64,000 nucleotides of DNA from positions 4,030,001 through 4,094,000 of the forward strand of contig JBLDXI010000024.1 in assembly GCA_047495785.1 (NCBI GenBank), in the 5' to 3' direction. This document shows, in pieces, positions 59,147-64,000 of this stretch (positions within the stretch are counted from its first letter, which is position 1; each line of letters opens with the position of its first letter). A model generated the notes under the pieces. The model ran no database searches. It was not told the DNA's origin and worked only from the letters and a program-made list of their open reading frames with translations. This DNA is from Lepidodermella squamata (taxonomy: Eukaryota > Animalia > Gastrotricha). Made by a program: the position numbers and the translations under genes.

Positions 59147-60343
59147 ATGCTTTTTCCATTATTCGTCGTCATATTCCCTATTATGGTTTCGATTTCCAAT
59201 GGAGATATCATTTTATCGACGGATGACGATTTCGCGCCGTTGCTGTTCAAAGACTGCAAGTTATCCCCAAGTGCCATGTCTCCAAATTTAGCCAATCCAA
59301 GTAAACCAGTTCCTGTCGAGAGCTCACTTTCATTAGACACCGTAGTTCAAATCAACGAGGTTGAGGAAGTAATAGAGCTGACTGGCGCTCTTCTTCTTAC
59401 GTTCCGTCTCGACTGTCTTGCGGAATCAGCCTTGAGGTTAAACAAAACCTATGCCATACCTGCATTTGGTATCATTACGAATATCAATGATTATTGGCGC
59501 CCACCGATTACGTTCATGAACAGCCGAAATGACTACGGACTTACTCAGAGTGTCTACGCTGCAGCTACCTTATACCCGTTTCTTGGTGTTCTCACATACA
59601 CATATGGAGGATACTTTACACCAAGATGTCTCATGAAGTTCGAATCGTGAGTTATAGCGCTAGAGTTTACTGAAAATGAAGTTGTTCCCTTTATCATTAG
59701 ATTTCCGTTCGATAGTCAAACCTGTGAAATCAGCTTAGGATTGTGGATACCTAAAAGTGCAGTTAATGTCACCAAGCACAGCTACAATTTTGTTAATGGT
59801 CCAACCACTTTCATATCGCCGAATTTGGGCTGGAGGCTCATGGATACATCTAGTGAAATGAATATCCGGTCGCTATCTGGCATTGGCTACTTCAGAATGA
59901 CAACTTCGTTCACGATTAAGCGCCGGCCAGATTACTACATTGTCAATCTCATCTTGCCGTGCTTTGTTCTGACTGCTGCCCAATTGGTGACGTTTTTCAT
60001 GCCCACTGAGGCCCCGGAACGTGCGAGCTATGCTGTAACGATTCTACTGAGTTTCACGGTCATCCAATCCCAGATACAGTCAAACATCCCGAAAACTCCG
60101 GTGAACATTTTGATTAACGACGTGATACAGGCTGAATCAATCTCAGCCCTTCTTGTCACCTTTTACGCTGGTGCTACCTGCGCATGGTATAATTCTTCGC
60201 CCAAGAGGGCCAAGCGAAAACTCAACATTTTGTCGGGACAAATCAAATTGTGTCGGCTCATTGATTTGATCTCGGCGTTAATTCTCGCTGGTATTTTGAC
60301 TCTCATCAACGCAACTGCTGGATTTATAATTTACTTGAGTTGA
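59147..60343 (+). CDS. Cys-loop channel paralogue 3; intron 59647-59700
   Basis: CLMKFESFPFDSQTC; M2 PERASYAVTILLSFTV. Confidence 0.88.
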
Positions 60344-61746
60344 TTTCATGAGCTTTTCATTGAAGTGACATAGTTAACTTGGCGTTTTGTCTTGATCCCA
60401 AAAATACTATGTAGAGTGGAAGTCTGTCAATGCCGCTAATTTGTCAAATAAATTAGTCGTTGAAAGAAAAAGTGCGAACTCAGTTTCTGCCCGTAGCCAT
60501 CAGGTATGTGGCTATAAGTTTGTATTGAAAATGATACGCGAAATAGATGCCAAGAATGAGCGATTGATTTCAAAGATTGTATTACATTTATTGGGACAGC
60601 TATATATCTTCGAGAAAACTCGGCGCCTAATTTCCACTAGGAAGAAGGGCTAGCTTTGATTATCTGTTGCAAATTTCCCAGCATAATTTCATGCGGTATG
60701 ATAAGTCCTTAGGTGGAATAGAACAGTATTTGAGCATTAGGCGGGTGCCGTTACATTGGGCTAATATAATAAATCAGCTTAAAAACAAGGCGTAATGCTG
60801 GGATCACTATTTACTCAATGCCTAATGGATGGCAGAACAGAACATGTAACCAGTATAAGAGGTGCGATCCTACCATCCGACGTCGGGCCCATCGAATTAA
60901 AATCATGTTTCAAGGTACGTCTAGGTTATGCCTTTGAAATCGTATAAATGACAACAATATCTTGAAAATCCTCATTCATTTTCGTGAGGAATACAATCGA
61001 TTTTAACTAAAGCGATTATCCATCGTTACTTCCAACGCCAGTTTAATGACAACAAATTCTGGGGATTAGAACATTTTTTCGCATTTAAGAGAAGAGCTCG
61101 ATTTATAATTTTCGCGGATCACCTTCGTAACACCGGCGTCACAGTCAGAGCAGCAACGGTAATGCCTGTTTATGCACACGATCGTATGTCCCTTTTGGAA
61201 CTTGTTACCTGGCATCCATGATAAGTAATGGTAAATTAAGTATTCTTATTGGTTCCCCATGCACTTCTGTAAAAATCTGAGCACCATACTCCTTTAGTAG
61301 TCCTTTAAATCAGGGTAACAACAGGATCAACCTCCAACGAGTAATGCCAGTTAAAACGAATGCGAAGCTTGCGCCTCTGTTCACTCCTTCCTCAAGGTTA
61401 TCACTATGCTTGTTTACCTTAGGTCGGCAGCATCGATTTTAAGTTTCTATCACCACGGGATAGGAAACTTTAGAGCTTCAAGCTTTCTAAGGTGAAATTT
61501 CTAATAACATGATGCCAAAGTTGACACTATTGTTTCATAATGTAATAAAAATCCTCATTTTAATAAATCTAACATTACTTTGGATAAGCTCGTGATTCCA
61601 ACCAGCAATCCTTCCGGCAAACAACATCAGATATTGCGGAAAAGGCACCAGAGGCAAGCCAATATAACCCGCCTTGCTTTGGCACAATACCGATGCTTGA
61701 AGTAGCGTGAGCTCGGCTGATATCGAGAGGATTTGAATTCGAAATA

Positions 61747-63099
61747 ATGTTAACCTATCTTTGCTTACTTCTTCTAACTGCAAATTTCGCCGCAGCAGAA
61801 AATGAGGACGTTACGCCTCTCATGCTGAATGACTGTATGCTAATGTCAAGCGCTGTGGCTCCCAACTTATGGCAACCGGGCCAACCTGTAACAGCCGATT
61901 CATCTTTCCAGCCAGACACTCTATTCTACGTCAATGAGGTTCAACGTCTAATTCAATTCATCAATATATATACTTATTGTACTTTTTTGAAACAGGTTGA
62001 AGAGGTAGTCTCGCTGTCTGGGGCCTTCTTCATCAACTTCACAATCGACTGCTTGGCTGAATCAGCTGTTAAGTACAACGCTACTCGCTCCGTTCCTTCA
62101 TTTGGTATGATAAACAACGCTGAGGACTACTGGCGGCCACCGCTTACTTTCATGACCAGCCGTGATGACCTCGGACTCACCCAAACTGTGCACCCTATGT
62201 ATCTGGTGTATCCATTCCAGGGTATTCTAGTTTACTCTCTGGCTGGAATTTTCACGCTGCGATGCCCTATGGTATTTGAAACGTAAGTTTACGGCTGAAG
62301 TATCAGGTTATGACGCCGCTATATTGATAGAGGATGATACTTGATATTTAACTGAATTCATTGCCTAAGAATGAGGAGAAGCCCAACAGTTGCCTGAAAG
62401 CTCAGCATTAAATAGTCCACAAATTTTACTATTGTTGATGCATTCTTTCCTAAAAGGTTCCCATTCGACGTTCAAACATGCAAAGTCAAATTCGCACTGT
62501 GGCTACCCAGCAGCGTAGTCTCTCTTAAAACACACGGACTGACTTTTATATCTGGCCGAGAGCATTTTTTGAGTGTAAATTCTGGTTGGAAGCTTTTGAA
62601 TGCTTCTAGCGAATCTTACATCGAGTCTAAGCCGCCATTAAGCCGCTATACGCTTCTCACGACATTCACCATTAAGCGTCGCCCAGACTACTTTATTCTA
62701 AACATAATCCTACCGTGCTACTTTTTGACTGCAGCCGAGCTGGTAACATTTTTCATGCCGATGGAGGATTCAGGGCGAGCAAGTTATGCAGTGACTATTC
62801 TTCTGAGCTTCACCGTCATTCAAGCTCAGGTTCAGTCCAACATTCCTAGGACTCCGGAGAACATTCTAATAAACGATGTAATTCAAGCCGAATCGATCTC
62901 AGCCCTGTTGGTGACAATTTACGCTGGCTTGACGTGCGCGTGGTACAACTCGTGCAGTGAAACGGCAGAAAAAGTGAGAACTGTTTTCCGCTGGAAAATT
63001 CGAATTTGCCGTCTGGTGGATTTAATCGCGGGTTTAACTCTGTCTGTAATTTTAATTTTTGTCAATGTGATAGCCGGGTCGCTAATTTATGCAGGATAA
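61747..63099 (+). CDS. Cys-loop channel paralogue 4; introns 61939-61995, 62283-62456
   Basis: CPMVFETFPFDVQTC; M2 SGRASYAVTILLSFTV. Confidence 0.86.
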
Positions 63100-63731
63100 T
63101 ATTGAAAAATGATTGCTGTCCTGGTGATTGGATGCTTTTTATGAAAATTATTTTTCATTCTTGAACGAAATGAGCGAATAATAAATATTTAAGGTTTGAT
63201 ACCTCGAACTGAGACAAAGTTGAGGCCAGCTATATCGAAAAGGATTCAAGTTGAAGTAGCACCTCGGCGCGGCATCGATTTGACAATGGCAAACACTACA
63301 CGGCGCTAAAGAGGGTTCTCGTCTTGGGATGCGGCATAAGTATGTCACCGCGAATCAGCTTTCGATATCAGCCTAGTACCACCGCTCACCGATAATCACT
63401 ATCGAAACTTCATCAAATATTAAAGCAGTGCCATCTCCAAGCTCAATTTCTGCTGATAATTGGCTGCCATTGTTTAACAACACATTTTTTGTATAATGAA
63501 GATGATTTGAGGCTTGCTATGTGCTTGATAATTTACGCGAATTCGATGCACACAGCCATTACGATTTATACTTCGAAAACTTTAAACTTCTATACTTTAC
63601 CGTAAATACCGAATTAGTTTACAGTTCCGTCTAATTATAAATAAACGTCTCAGCGATTAAACCTAATATTCTGGACTCGCAGTATTATTATATTCTCAAG
63701 CCCTGGGGAACAGATGAAAGAAGTACTCATA

Positions 63732-63899
63732 CAGGGTGGCCAAAAAAGTTCCCAGGCGAATTCTATGCGCATCATTTTGATGAGAAGTTTCAAGAAGTTG
63801 AGTAGTTCCATTGGCAAAAGTAAGCTTCAACTTCTTAAGACTCCACATTAAATTGATGCGCATCGAATTCGCCTTCTGCGGAATTTTTTGGCCACCCTG
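63732..63899. mobile_element. Tc1/mariner-type MITE, almost fully palindromic (168 bp)
   Basis: TA|CAGGGTGGCCAAAAAA ... TTTTTTGGCCACCCTG|TA; inverted similarity continues about 70 bp inward. Confidence 0.88.
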
Positions 63900-64000
63900 T
63901 AATGTTACAACTTGGGATTCAGCTGAATGTGAGACCGTCAGCAAAAAGAGGCACAAAATTTCAAACAAAGGTTTTATATTGCGTGATTGAAAACGCATTG

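Noticed and set aside
1-64000. CRISPR arrays, rRNA genes or prokaryotic systems
   Set aside because: No repeat-spacer arrays or rRNA-like sequence seen; the window is intron-containing animal DNA

Overview
Eukaryotic DNA from a compact-genome invertebrate animal (AT-rich short introns, GC-richer exons). 1-31 kb: housekeeping and secreted/surface genes (KAT2/GCN5, BTF3, PGLS, a MAM-mucin membrane protein, an ankyrin protein with a probable signal peptide, a trypsin-like protease, a GPI mucin, a Ly6/three-finger protein, tRNA-Arg(ACG), and a tight minus-strand run DPH3-CCDC47-MTRFR-NUDT6). 33-45 kb: an apparently full-length LINE (35487-39918) flanked by a 2,209-bp direct duplication of the 5' half of the gamma-COP gene. 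This leaves one truncated and one intact COPG copy, followed by MRPL17. The LINE's ORF1 and ORF2 are in the same frame, separated by a single UGA. 46-63 kb: four divergent Cys-loop ion-channel paralogues lacking an intracellular domain, interrupted by a young Ty3/Gypsy element (47424-56452). Its pol carries a tandem protease plus pseudo-protease and is itself disrupted by a 1.66-kb TIR element. Several MITEs are also present. All coordinates, splice models and identity statements were derived by eye.
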